Shown here piece by piece: positions 1 to 12,116 of a DNA stretch of 64,000 bases. This DNA comes from Reclinomonas americana ATCC 50394. Its lineage: Eukaryota. Position 1 is the first letter of the stretch; each line of letters opens with the position of its first letter. Both the position numbers and the translations under genes were made by a program. The stretch is from positions 1-64,000 of the forward strand of contig PS015400.1 of assembly GCA_048213135.1 (NCBI GenBank), read 5' to 3'. The notes beneath the pieces are model-generated. The model worked only from the letters and a program-made list of their open reading frames with translations. It was not told where the DNA came from and searched no databases.

Positions 1-81
1 GGGATCAATGAGATTGAGAGGGAGAAAAGCAGGGAGAGAGATCTAATGGCAGACCCTCTTCCCACACTACGTGTGCTGCAG

Positions 82-2844
82 CATTCTTTGTGTCGCTCCG
101 CTACGACGTGTATGGCTTGAAGCCCGTGCTGCACGGCCTGCTGCAGCCGAGCGTGATGCCGCAATCGATCGTTGACGGCATCAAGGCGTTGCTCGATGAA
201 GTCCAGAGAACAGGAGAGCCAACTGATGCTCAAGTCGCCAGGTGCGAAATGTGCATGCCGCCAATGCAATGTTCAGCGTCTGTACTCATCGCTCCCTCGC
301 TCGAACAGTGCCTATGCAGTGTGGCAAGTGGGTTGTAAGGCTGTCGAGTGCATCCAGAACACAGGCACTCGTTGCGTGATTGCAATACACATATGCATTA
401 TGTATGCACACGCACTGGCTGTTTTGACGAGGGTGTTGGTGTGTGTGTGTGCAGTGTTTCGCACATCTGAAAAGATGGCCGAGCTGCGCCATTGGGGTCC
501 CACAGTTGCATTGACGCTGGGCCATGTGTTTGAGAACGACGATGCCGTGAGCATGGACTATGGCTTGGCAATCAGCTGTTGCGCGCACGCTGTACGATAT
601 CTCTCATACAGAAAACCCACAACTGAAGTGCGCCACTCGTTCCTTGCAGCGACGCAAGCGGATCTCATGCTGGTGGCTCGGTCTGCGAATGGATCGTTGG
701 TGGCACCGTTCTTCTTTATCGAATGCCAGGCTGGAGCAGCGTACCGCAAAGAGTGAGTGTATGATATGGCAAGGGCCATAGCGAGAGGGGCAGAGAAGTG
801 TGGTGGTGGTGGTGGTGGTGATGATGATGATGATGATGTGCTGACAAGTGCCCAGGCATCGAACAGTGACGGTCATCGATGGCGACCTTGGCGAAGCCGT
901 GCGAGACGCCAATGTCGACTACTTTGCCAGTGACGCGTACAATCCCGAGGGCCTGCCGACAATGGGTCCAGAGGCGGTGGAGAGTGACGCGAGCAGCGGC
1001 AGTGCCAGTGCCAGTGCGCCACGTCCCGTGGGTGTCGATCGCCAACATCTCCCGCTTCGTTCGGCTCTGCTGTGCACCCTGTCCCGCCACCCAGATGTGC
1101 ACAAGGCGATGCACGAGGCCTGCTGCAATTGGTGGACTCTGGCGGCTCACATGGACCGCGACAAGTGGCCGACCTTGGTGACGGCGTTTGGCCTGACGAC
1201 CGAGTGGTCGCTGTCGCTGTTTGTGGTGACGCATGGCTCGTCGTCGGTCGAGCCGTTGCGCGCCATGCCGCTGCATTGGTTGCCGTGCGGTTCCGAGGAG
1301 ACGCAGGACGATCGAGTGGAGGAGATGAATCGCGCTCGAGCTGCCCTGCCGCAGCTGTGCATCTCGGTGGTTGGCACGTGGCATGTGATGCCGCCACCGA
1401 CAATCGAACCAGATGACCGCCAGTTGCCCACGGGGGAGTTGGATTTTTGTGGACACAGGGGTGAGGAGTGTGAGCAGTTGACGACGCGTGCTGCTGTAAG
1501 ATCGTGATGACGACATGCTGATGATCGTGAATGCGTGTGCACAGTGGGCGATCGCGACTCGCTGTTTGCGGCCCTTGTCAGTGTGGCGAGGATGTGTCGC
1601 GAGAGTGTGAGAGAATTGGGAGACCAAGCGGATCAGAGACTGACGGACGCACTCGCGAACGAGGGAAGGGATTCCGAGAAAACGACAAGCAGCGACATGT
1701 CGTCTGGTGAGTGTGTGACTACAAGACTCGTGCGTGTTCATTAGCGATTCATCGTGTGCTCCATGTACGTTCTCAGAGGGTCCCGAGTCTTTCGGCGGAG
1801 GCGTGTACGAAAAGACGTGTCAGTCGTGGCGCCACGCCGCATTCGAGATGCGCGTGTTGAAAGAGTTGCGGCATGCCGCCGACTCCCTCTCTACGGAGTC
1901 CGATCGCCAGGAGATTCTCAGCCGCCTGCCGACGCCGCTGGGTGTGGACAACAGAGTGCTGAAGCTGGTCGATCTCGCGAACGACCAAGTGCGCAATGTC
2001 GACGACCTGCGGATGGTGGTTCGCGACGTGGCCATGGCGCTACAGCATGCANNNNNNNNNNNNNNNNNNNNNNNNNNNNNNNNNNNNNNNNNNNNNNNNN
2101 NNNNNNNNNNNNNNNNNNNNNNNNNNNNNNNNNNNNNNNNNNNNNNNNNNNNNNNNNNNNNNNNNNNNNNNNNNNNNNNNNNNNNNNNNNNNNNNNNNNN
2201 NNNNNNNNNNNNNNNNNNNNNNNNNNNNNNNNNNNNNNNNNNNNNNNNNNNNNNNNNNNNNNNNNNNNNNNNNNNNNNNNNNNNNNNNNNNNNNNNNNNN
2301 NNNNCACGCTCATGGATGGGCGCACATGGATGTGAAGCCAGCCAACATACTGTACAACCGGCAAGTGGTGGCGGTGCTGATCGACTGGGGACTGGCGCGC
2401 AACTTGCGCGACCGGAGACGTGGCTGGGAGTGCATCGGCACTCCGTGCTACATGGTAATCGTCAATGAGTTCCTGTTCTTGTCGTTGATGTCTCTCACCG
2501 CAATATACTACGTGCAGTCGCCGGAGGCCATTGGTGTGGATCCGTTTGAGGAGACAAACTATGCGCCGGGCGCCGAGGCAGACATGTGGAGTCTGGGAGT
2601 GACGATTGCCAGCTACATCCTGGATGGTGTGTCGGACGTGATCGACGTGTTGTGCCACCCACACGAGCGAGCCAGGGCCGTGCTGTCGGCGGTGAGGGAT
2701 TATGCCAATCGACGCCGGCGCACAGAGCCGGAGTTGCAGGAGGCTGTGGAACTGGTGGAGGCACTGGTGAAGTTCTGGCCGGAGGAGCGACTGACGGCGG
2801 CGCAGGTGTTGGAGCACCCGTTTGTGTGCGAGGAAGGATTGTGA
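82..2844 (+). CDS. Multi-exon Ser/Thr protein kinase with long N-terminal extension (probably 5'-partial)
   Basis: Kinase motifs ALQHA/HAHGWAHMDVKPANIL, LIDWGLA, GTPCYM|SPE, ADMWSLG and RLTAAQVLEHPF (2030-2844). Upstream exons join by GT-AG introns (e.g. KE|HRTVTVID across ~753-855). A ctgcag acceptor at 81 suggests the gene starts upstream of the window. Confidence 0.8.
799..838. repeat. (GGT)n(GAT)n compound microsatellite in intron
   Basis: Directly visible; it produces the spurious poly-His/poly-Thr ORFs. Confidence 0.9.
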
Positions 2845-3673
2845 GNNNNNNNNNNNNNNNNNNNNNNNNNNNNNNNNNNNNNNNNNNNNNNNNNNNNNNN
2901 NNNNNNNNNNNNNNNNNNNNNNNNNNNNNNNNNNNNNNNNNNNNNNNNNNNNNNNNNNNNNNNNNNNNNNNNNNNNNNNNNNNNNNNNNNNNNNNNNNNN
3001 NNNNNNNNNNNNNNNNNNNNNNNNNNNNNNNNNNNNNNNNNNNNNNNNNNNNNNNNNNNNNNNNNNNNNNNNNNNNNNNNNNNNNNNNNNNNNNNNNNNN
3101 NNNNNNNNNNNNNNNNNNNNNNNNNNNNNNNNNNNNNNNNNNNNNNNNNNNNNNNNNNNNNNNNNNNNNNNNNNNNNNNNNNNNNNNNNNNNNNNNNNNN
3201 NNNNNNNNNNNNNNNNNNNNNNNNNNNNNNNNNNNNNNNNNNNNNNNNNNNNNNNNNNNNNNNNNNNNNNNNNNNNNNNNNNNNNNNNNNNNNNNNNNNN
3301 NNNNNNNNNNNNNNNNNNNNNNNNNNNNNNNNNNNNNNNNNNNNNNNNNNNNNNNNNNNNNNNNNNNNNNNNNNNAGCTGAAGGTGGAAGTAACGATGAG
3401 ATCGATTGCCTCTTTGTCATCCTCAGTGAATCATCTAACGCCTGTGGCTTGCTCAGTAGCTCAACACACGTCGATATATAACTATGCATCGATACCGGTA
3501 TTAGTCTCGAAGTGAACTTCGCAGTCGCGGAAAGTGCGTGGACTGTAAACAACGATGTTTTACGGCTTCCTTCCACAGTGCACACTCAATGGACTGGCGC
3601 ACACCAGCACAGACAGATACAGGCATGCTTCCGTCGTCCCCTTGTCCTCCACTCACATCTTGTCACGCACCAA

Positions 3674-6600
3674 TGAGTGCGCGCAAACACCGCAAGCTTC
3701 TCGCGAGCAGCAGCACCAAGAAGAAGAAGAGGCGACATCGCGAGCCACCCTCTGCCTCAGAACGTGATGACGACAGTGACTATGTGCCTGAAATGGAGGA
3801 GGGAGAAGAGGATGAGGATGATGAGGAAGATGAACTTGCAGATCTTGTGAAAGAGGAAGAAGAAGAAGGAGAGGAGGAGAAGCAGCTTCCCGAACGCAGT
3901 GTTCGTCATCGTCGAGCTTCTGAGGGACTGGATGCGTCGGAGGAGAGCAGCAATGTTCTGTGCGCAATTGGAATGGTGGAGAGTGCGAGGCACTTGGTGC
4001 AGAAGCGGGAAAAGTATTCGGGCAAGAAGCGCGTCGTCGTGAATGAGGAGAATGTGGAGGAGGGTAAGGGAGGTGAGTGGAGACACACACTCTCTGTGCA
4101 TTTTTTCATTGCTCCTCGAGTACCTCTCTCTCCCTGTCTCTCTCCCTATCTCTTTCTGTCTCTCTGTCTCTGTCTTCCTGCTCTCTCAGCAGCTGGTTTC
4201 GTTTTGGCAAGGCTTGCAAGTCTTGTCTCTCTGTCTCTCTCTTCCTGCTCTCTCAGCAGCTTGTAAGGCTTGCAAGTCCTGTGTGTCTCTCTCTCTCTCT
4301 GTCTGCATCTTTTCTTTGCTCCTCGTGTGCCTCTCTTCTTGCGTTGTCTTGTGCTTGTCGTTCTCTCCCTATCTCTCTCTCCCTATCTCTGTCTCTCTCT
4401 TCCTGCTCTCAGCAGCTTGTTTCGTTTTGCAAGTCTTGTGTCTCTCTCTCTCTGTGAGCGTGTCTGCATCTTTCGTGGCTCCTCGTGTGCCTGTTCCTTT
4501 CCGTTGTGTCTTCTTCTCCTTCACCCTATTCTTTCCCCCTGTTCCTTCCCCCTTCTCCTTCCCCCTTTCTCCCCCTTCCCCTTCCCTTTCCCCTCCCCTC
4601 CCCTCTTCCTCCCCCTTCCCGCTCTTCCTCCCCCTGTTCCTTCCCCTTCCCCTTCCCCTTCCCCTTACCCTTCCCCTTACCCTTACCCTCACCCTTACCC
4701 TTACCCTTACCCTTCCCCTTCCCCTCCCTTCCCCTCCCCTCCCCCCTTCCCCTTCCCCTTCCCCTTCAACCTTCCCCCTCCCCCTCTTCCTCCCCTTCCA
4801 GAGTACTCTTACTGCCCAATCGAACGCGAGCCTCCCGACGACATCTCCGCCACGTGGAACAAGGCATCGCGGTGGAATGTCTTAGAGAAACTCGTCCGCA
4901 CCTCATGGAGACGGTGCGTTGCTTTATTGGAAGGGGGCGGGAATTGGAACATCCTTTTCCTCTTCCTTCTCCCTTTGCCATTCCCTTCTATCTTCCCCCT
5001 TCTCAAGCGCTCGTTCTCAAATGCTGACATGCAGTGATGTCGACGCTCCGAATCCGAACTTGTTGCCGATTGAGACGGCGCCGTGCAGCTCCACCAACGC
5101 CGACGTGCAGGCGGCGTATGCAGAACTGCGCGAGGTGATTGCGGCGCTGGTGGAGGAACAGCTCTACGCTTCGTCGCTCCCATTGTTGTCCGATTCGATG
5201 CCGCCGGATGAGCACGATTTCGCGGAGGTAGAGAACGCGGCGGCGATGGAGCTCCTCGCCGTTCTCACTTCGTCCCTGCGGCGATTCGAACGCGATGAGC
5301 GGTACGTGCGTCCGAGAGCTTTGTTGCGTGTTCGAGTGCTGTTTACACCCTTACGCAGCGACGCCACCCTCGTCTCCTCCATCACCGATCGCTGTCTGCG
5401 GACGTGTGATGGTGCCGTGCGTGCCTCGCTGCATCTGCTTGTCCGTCAGTGGTGCGGTGCTGTTGATGCGCGACTGGAGTGCGCGTGGTTGCCATTGCAC
5501 TCACTGCGGGGGTTTTTTCGCGTTCTCGACAGGGAGTCGAAAAGGAAGTTGAACAACCCCAGGCGGCCACATGTACCTCTTGCCGCGGCGTGTTTGCAGC
5601 CAAATGTGCCGGGGAAGTTGCGCGAGAGGAGAGGGGAAGGGAAGGGAGGGGAAGGGGAAGGGAGAGGGGCATGTGAGGATATGAGACTGACTTGGAAGAG
5701 GGGAGACCGAGAAAAAGGTTGAGGGTGAGAATAAGTGAAGAAATGGCGAGAGAGATGAAAAGATGCACAGGCGTAGAAGTAAGAGAAAGTGCAGGAGGGA
5801 CGAGGTAAGGGAATCAGAGACAACATCTGGAGTCGTGAGGAGACAGGAAGGACAGCAGAAAGATATGGGGTTAGAATTGCACGGGGGGCGGAGAGCGTGA
5901 AACATGTGAGAGGTGAAAAGGCAGATACGCATTGGCGCGGAGTGGAGGTACTGGAAGGAAGCGATAAAACATGATAGTTGGCAAGCAGGGTATAGAGCTG
6001 TCACGCCAACATGTTGGTTGAAGAGCACATGAAACATGTTGTTTTGCTTTTTTTGTATTTCCCAAATCACATTCCCTTTTCTTTTCTCCTCTCTCTTTCA
6101 GCTCCTCACTCCCTACCCTCTCAATGCTGTTCCTCGTTCCCCTCGTTCCTCCTTTCCTTCTTTTCTCTCCTCTCGTCACTCTTCCCATTTTTTCACTGCC
6201 CTCCTTTCCACCCATTTCCTTCCAGTTCCCTCCTTCCTCCTCTCACTGCTCCTCTCCTCTCATTGCTCTCTCCTCTCGTTGCTTCGCTTCGCTGACTTTG
6301 CATGCCTGCCAGGGTCATCCAACGCGTTCACAAATCCATGGCCGACCTCTTCTCTGAAAAGACGCCCCAGGTGAGTTGTACACACTTTAGAGTACTTTGT
6401 GCTGCACTGCAGTCGTGATCTTACTGGTGCGAGTGCCCTGTGTTGCCGATTGAAGAAACAGACGCCGAAAAAGAGAGCGGTGAGCTGCCTTTTGTAATGC
6501 GCCGTAAACGAGTTTTTAGTGTCTCACTCTGACGACAGCCTGTGGAGCCTGAGGAGGAAGAGGCGGATGAGGTTTGTCGCGTTGCGGGCAAGTCTCGTGG

Positions 6601-9600
6601 CACACGCATCTACCGCCCACCCGTTATTCGCAGTCGAGCGAAGAGGAGAGAGGCGAAGACGACAAAGGGCACCGCGAGGCAGTTGCGCTCGCAGACTGCT
6701 GCGTGCTCTCCCTTCTTTCCTCACAGCTCTGTACAGGAGGACACGGACGAATCACAGGAGATTGTCGCCAAGGTTGCGTACGCGCCCCGCTCTCCTCTAT
6801 CTCCCTTGCCGTGCTCAGTTCATCACTGTCTGCTGCAGCCTGCGCGACGCGCCACCAAGAGAGATTTAGTTACGCAACTTGGAAGCAACCGGCCACGCTT
6901 TTTGTGTTGACTCGTGTTCGGCGTGCAGCGGGCACGGTCGAAGGGCGATGTCATTGTCGAGTCGGTGGGTGCTCGAGTTGCTGAGATCGATTGCCTGCAG
7001 CCTCTGACATGTGCTTTATCGCAGCTGGAGGTTATGGACAGTCCGCGATCGTCACAGGTACTCGCAGTACGCTGATAGGAGAAGGGACTTGTGAGGAGGA
7101 TGAAGAGGAGAAGAGTGATCTCTCTCTGAAAGAGAAAAGAGAAACTCTCTCTCTCTGAAAGAGAAAGGAGACGCTCTCTCTCTCTGAAAGAGAAAAGAGA
7201 CACTCGCTCTCTCTCTCTCTGTGGTGCTGACCCTCGTGTACTGCAGGATTCGGAGAGCAAACGCGCTAGTCCACTCGTGTCCTCGGTGCGGTGTATTGCG
7301 TGCTCATTTGTCGTCAGCAGTGAACTTATCCACTCCATTGCGCAGCTGCACGACGATGAAGATGAGCACAGGCAGTCGGTGAGTTATTTGCCGAAATGTG
7401 CGGTCATTGTGGTATGGAATACTGAGATCAAATCAATACAGCCGGTGGTCGAGGAGGACGAGGAGGATGCGGAAGAGGAGAAGAAGAAGAAAAAGAGGAA
7501 GAAGAGGGTGAAGAAAACGGAGCAGGAGAAGAAAAAGAAGAAGAAGATGAAGGAGGTTTGTTGGCTCTGAGTGCGTGCAGGGTCGGTTGGATGTGAGGTA
7601 ACTGACTGTGGTTGCGTTCATTGAACAGGAGAGCAGCGAGGAGGACAAGGAGGTGAGTGGGGAAGGGAAAGAGGGTAGGGGGAAGAGGAAACGGAGAAGG
7701 AGACGGATGTGTTGAGCTGAAGATCTGTAAGAAAGTGATGAGCTTTTGTGGAGAAGCTGAAAGAAGCAAGGGAATTATGGAGGAGGGGGGCATGATTGTG
7801 TTGACTAAATAGGAGAGCAGCGAGGAGAACGAGGTGATGCCAGGAGACAGAAGCAAGGGAAGTGCAGAGGAGAAGAGCAAGAACGAGGAGGGAGGCATGA
7901 TTGTTTACGGCCACGTCGGTAATTGACTCCGTTGTGTTGCTTGAACAGGAGAGGAGCGAGGAGGACGATGAGGAGGCAGAGGTGAGTAGTGAGGGGTAGA
8001 GAAGGGAAAGGAGAGAGAGGGTGGCTGTGGCGCGCCGGTTGCTGACCTTTCTTTGATGATCGAATAGGAGGCCGACGATGAGGAGGCAGAGGTGAGTAGG
8101 GAGGGGAGTAGAAGAGAAGGGAATGGGAGCGAGGGTGTGAGCCGGTTGCTAATCTTGGTCTATTGATCGAATAGGAGGCGGACGATGAGGAGGCAGAGGT
8201 GAGTAGGGAGGGGAAGAGAAGGGAAAGGAATGGGAGAGAGGGGGTAGGGGTGGGTGTGACGCGTCGGTTGCTGACCTTGCTTTGTTGATCGAATAGGAGG
8301 CGGGCAAAGAGGAGGAGGAGGTGAGTAGGGAGGGGGGAAGAAGGGAAAGGAGAGAGAGGGGAGGGGTGGGTTTGGCGCCGGCTGCTGACCTTGCTTTGAT
8401 GATCGAATAGGAGGCCGACGATGAGGAGGCAGAGGTGAGTAGGGAGGGAGGAAGGAGAGAGGGGGGAGGGGTGGGTTTGGCTCCGGTTGCTGACCTTGCT
8501 TTGTTGATCGAATAGGAGGCGGACGATGAGGAGGCGGAGGTGAGTAGGGACGGGGAGTAGAAGAGAAGGGAATGGGAGCGAGGGTGTGAGCCGGTTGCTG
8601 ATCTTGGTCTATTGATCGAATAGGAGGCGGACGATGAGGAGGCAGAGGTGAGTAGTGAGTGGGAGGGAAGGAAGTGGAAGGGGGAGGAGGAAAAGAGCAA
8701 GGAGAAGAAGAATGTCGAGATATATCGGCTCACTTCGCTTTTGTGTCAATCTACAAGGAGAGCGACGAGGACGAAAAGGTGAGTTTGGTCTCAGCGGCCG
8801 AGAAGGAAAGAGGGAAAGGCAAGCGGAGCAGTGGGAGTGGAGGGAGGGAGTGCGACACTCGATGGATGACTGTGCCACATGTTTGAATAACAGAAAGATG
8901 TTCTTGTAAGTGGAAATGAGTGTGAGCGAGGATCCAGAAAATAGTATTGCTTTCTCTTCACATGTGTGCACGTCGTTTGCTGTCTTTTGTGTCAATCGAA
9001 CCACGAGAGCAGCCAGGAGGACGAGATGATCACGGGAAGAGAAGAGAGGAGGGTGGAGTGGGAGGAGGGAGTGTGACAAGAGCGGGAACTGAGAGGAGGA
9101 TGCAGAAATGAGTTTGCCAAGCTCCCCCTGCTTGAATTGGAGAGCGGCGAGGACAAGGAGGGCAAGGAAGGGTGGAGAGAAAGTAGAGCGGAGCAGTGGA
9201 GTGGGAGGAGAGAGTGTGGCATGCGAACGGAGTGGTTGTCAGTGTGGGAAATAGAGAGGGACGCAGAATTGAGTATGGTTAGCACTCCCTGGTGGAATAG
9301 AGCGGAGAAAGGAGGAGAGAAAGTAGAGCAGAGCAGCGGAGTGAGAGGAGTGCGTGTGACACTCATGTTGAGAGGAAATGAGAGGTGGATGCAGAAGTGA
9401 GTTTGTCAAGCTTGCCCTACTTGAATAGGAGGAGGGGGAACGAGATCTGTCGAGCGTTTCATCGAGATCAGCACGAACAATGAGAGAAAGGACGCAGCTC
9501 GGTGTGTATCACTCACTCGCTTTGTTGCAGAAACGTGCCAAATTGAAGCGACGACTCGCAAAGGTTTGTCAGCACATCCGTCGAGTGCCTCCAGCTTCTC

Positions 9601-9907
9601 ATCACTCACCTCTTTGCTGCAGGAACGTGCTGAGGCGAAGCAACAGCGCGTACAGGTACCTCGTCGATCACCTCTGTTTCTCTTGTGCCCGTTTTGTCGC
9701 TGAATCCGCGCCCCGCAGCAGGAGTGTGACGAGTTGCAAATGAAGCAGCGGAGCGACAAGAAGGTATGGTTGATTGTGTGCTTGTCCCGTGCCTGTTTGC
9801 TGACTTGTTCCTCGTCGCAGCGTGCAAACCGCAAGAGAGCACGATCGCCGGCCGAGTCCGACGACTCGCCCGCGCCACCGCCAAAGAGGCGCTCACGGCG
9901 CAAGTGA
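3674..9907 (+). CDS. Large acidic/basic low-complexity protein of unknown function, probably nuclear; many exons including a micro-exon array
   Basis: Exons flanked by [12 protein letters not shown]...[64 protein letters not shown], ten E/D-rich micro-exons, and a last exon [28 protein letters not shown]. That all of these form one gene is an inference. Confidence 0.5.
4100..4800. repeat. Intronic pyrimidine-rich region: (CT)n tracts, three imperfect copies of cttcctgctct(ct)cagcagc, then CCCTTC/CCCTTA repeats
   Basis: Directly visible at ~4175, ~4240 and ~4400, and at 4530-4800. Confidence 0.85.
7621..8785 (+). repeat. Tandem array of intron+micro-exon units (105-134 bp period in the core)
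   Basis: Repeated gctgac...ttgatcgaatag GAGGC(C/G)GACGATGAGGAGGCAGAG gtgagt. Exons at 7629, 7813, 7949, 8068, 8175, 8297, 8411, 8516, 8624 and 8758. Confidence 0.9.
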
Positions 9908-10025
9908 AGCGGAGAAGAGTATTGTCGACAGAGTTATTGATTGGTTGTCGTCATTTCACAGCATGTACATTTGATTGACAGTGGGCGGGAAGGCAAAGGA
10001 TTAATTGCACCACGCAAGTGTTCCC

Positions 10026-12116
10026 TCACTGCGGCAGCGGCCAGCCGAGGCCGCGGAAGCCGGAGAACATGTCCCAGCACTTGTGCATCGACTTGAGCTT
10101 GTCGGACTCGTCGAACACCATTGTGTAGACGTAGTCGCACTGGGCGCTCTTCGGCGGCTCCGACGGGGGGATGGGGCCACCGGCCCCAGAGTGGGTGATG
10201 AAGAAGCTGCGCATGAAGGGGGAAAGTGAGTGGTGGATGAGAGGAGACGGGGGTGGGGGTGGTTCGCGTGCTCACCGAGCGACGACGACGGCGGTGCGCT
10301 CGTGGTCGTTGAAGGCCCAGGCGCGGACGTCGTAGGTGGCGCCAGGGGCGATGCCGGTGACGAGGCCTGGTCGAGGAGGGGGAGGGAGGGGGGGAAGGTG
10401 AGGGGAGGGGAGGGGAAGGGGAAGGGAGGAGGGGGGGAGGAGGGGGGAGAAGGAAGAAAGAAAGGATGAGAACGGAAGTGAGTGGAGAGGAAAGAGAAAG
10501 GGAGAAGGAGGAAAGAACGGAATGAGAAGGGGAGTGGGTGGAGAGGAACGAAAAGGAATGAGAAGGGCAAAAGAATGGGAAGGAGAGGAAACCAAACTAC
10601 ATCAGGTGGATGGGTAAGTTCCACACTTTGCGTGCAAGACAGCAACGATGCGAAGAGCAGATGAGGTGCTGGCGGAGGTGAAGAGCGTACAGTACAAGAA
10701 CAGTGCACGACAAGAGCAACATGAGCAGAAACATGACAGTCAGAGTGAGAAAACTGTGCTGAGTGGGTGAACGGGGAAAGAAGTTGCATATTCTCTCTTG
10801 AGGAAGCCGTACATCGGTGTTCGGGGCGAGACAGAGAACGAAGAGCGCCAGTGCAGGTGCACGAAGGAGAAGGAAAGAGAGAGAGAGAAGGAGAGAGACA
10901 GACAGACATAGAGACAGAAAGAGCGGATACACTCGCGAAAAAAGAGTTGCGCATTGAGATATCAGAGAATAGAGCAAGTTGCGACAGCACGGCCAGCAAA
11001 AGATTGCAGTCCATGCCACCTATATAGCGCGAGAACGGAACTGGAGAGTGAGACAGACAAAACAAGCAAGAGACGCGTATGGATGAGAGACGCGTATGGA
11101 TGAAGAGCACAAGGCGACGAGAGAAGAGTGCACGTCATACGAAGGGTCGTGAGAGAGGAAAGCACACCTGCACGAGAGAGCGAGCACATGCAGAGTTGGA
11201 AAGGGAGAGGGAGTGGGTAAGCAAGGACAAGTCTTGCGCAGAGAGGTGCCACACGAGAGACGAGTGCGCATCCGCTCGTGTGTGACGCGAATGCACAGCC
11301 ACTAACCCTTCATCCAGTCAGCATCTGCACATGCATGCACCACATCAGCAACCACTCGCCACACACAACAAGCACAAAGAAGCACGCAACATTCGCCAAC
11401 GGTCTTCATCGGCAACACGTCGCACTGGAACGTGTTGTCCGGGGCCAGGAACTCGGCCACACCTTCACCGCCCTGCGAATATTGGAGGTAATGGGAGAAA
11501 TATATCAGCAATTACGAACACGCGGTGACGAGGGAAAGAAAGGTGAGCAGACAACGAGGAGAGTGCAGAACAGGAGGTGGTGGAACACGGTGAGTGACAG
11601 GAGAAGTGAGACAAGAGACATGCAAGTTTGACATGATGAAAGCAAGAGGGAGAGAGTGAGAGTACGAGGAGATGGCGTAGGAGAGGAGTGTGTGTTGAGT
11701 GAGTGCTGGGAGGAGGGGAAGAGAGGGAGAGACAGAAGGTTGGAGCAAGGAGACATTTCCCACCTCGGGAAAATACTCACGCACTTGTCTTGCACAACAC
11801 GCAGCGCACAAACAGAAAACGGACACACACAGTATGGCAGCACATCATGCAAGAGTGTGCGTGTGTGTTCCGTGTGTGTGAGGAAGAGAGAGAAGAGAGA
11901 GAGAGAGAGAGAAAAGTGCAATGCATTCACACACACACACGCATGCATGCAAGTCAATCACTCACCGCGCCGCTCTCGACAGCGACAAAGAATGCGTGTG
12001 CTGCGTCCTGCGCACACACACAAGAGAGCAGAGAGAGAAAGAGAGCACAAGTCAGTCACACACTCACAGAACATGAGAAGCATTTTTTGCGTTGTGTTAC
12101 TCACGTGGAAAGACAT
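10026..12116 (-). CDS. SnoaL-like / NTF2-fold protein (polyketide/ester cyclase-like), ~141 aa, 6 exons
   Basis: Exons 12116-12105, 12007-11966, 11472-11391, 11324-11307, 10366-10276 and 10206-10026 splice GT-AG in frame to MSFHDAAHAFFVAVESGAGGEGVAEFLAPDNTFQCDVLPMKTVGEYADWMKGLVTGIAPGATYDVRAWAFNDHERTAVVVARFFITHSGAGGPIPPSEPPKSAQCDYVYTMVFDESDKLKSMHKCWDMFSGFRGLGWPLPQ. The pattern resembles bacterial SnoaL-like proteins (FF..E.G.G, WMKG, H.G.GGP.PP, DYVY, LGW). Confidence 0.8.

Noticed and set aside
716-1741. 341 aa minus-strand ORF with poly-His
   Set aside because: It is antisense to the kinase gene, and the poly-His derives from a microsatellite.
4043-5037. Long Leu/Ser/Pro-rich ORFs
   Set aside because: They are translations of intronic CT and CCCTT repeats.
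7940-8660. CRISPR-like repeat/spacer appearance
   Set aside because: The spacers are related, low-complexity purine tracts, the repeats coincide with splice signals and exons, no cas genes are present and the context is eukaryotic.
9001-9030. U12-type AT-AC intron suggested by AC/AT flanks
   Set aside because: The ends would pair as GT-AC and AT-AG, and the ATATCCT donor consensus is absent; a decayed exon is simpler.
10001-11110. 369 aa minus-strand ORF
   Set aside because: It is mostly the pyrimidine-rich intron of the SnoaL-like gene read through in the wrong frame.
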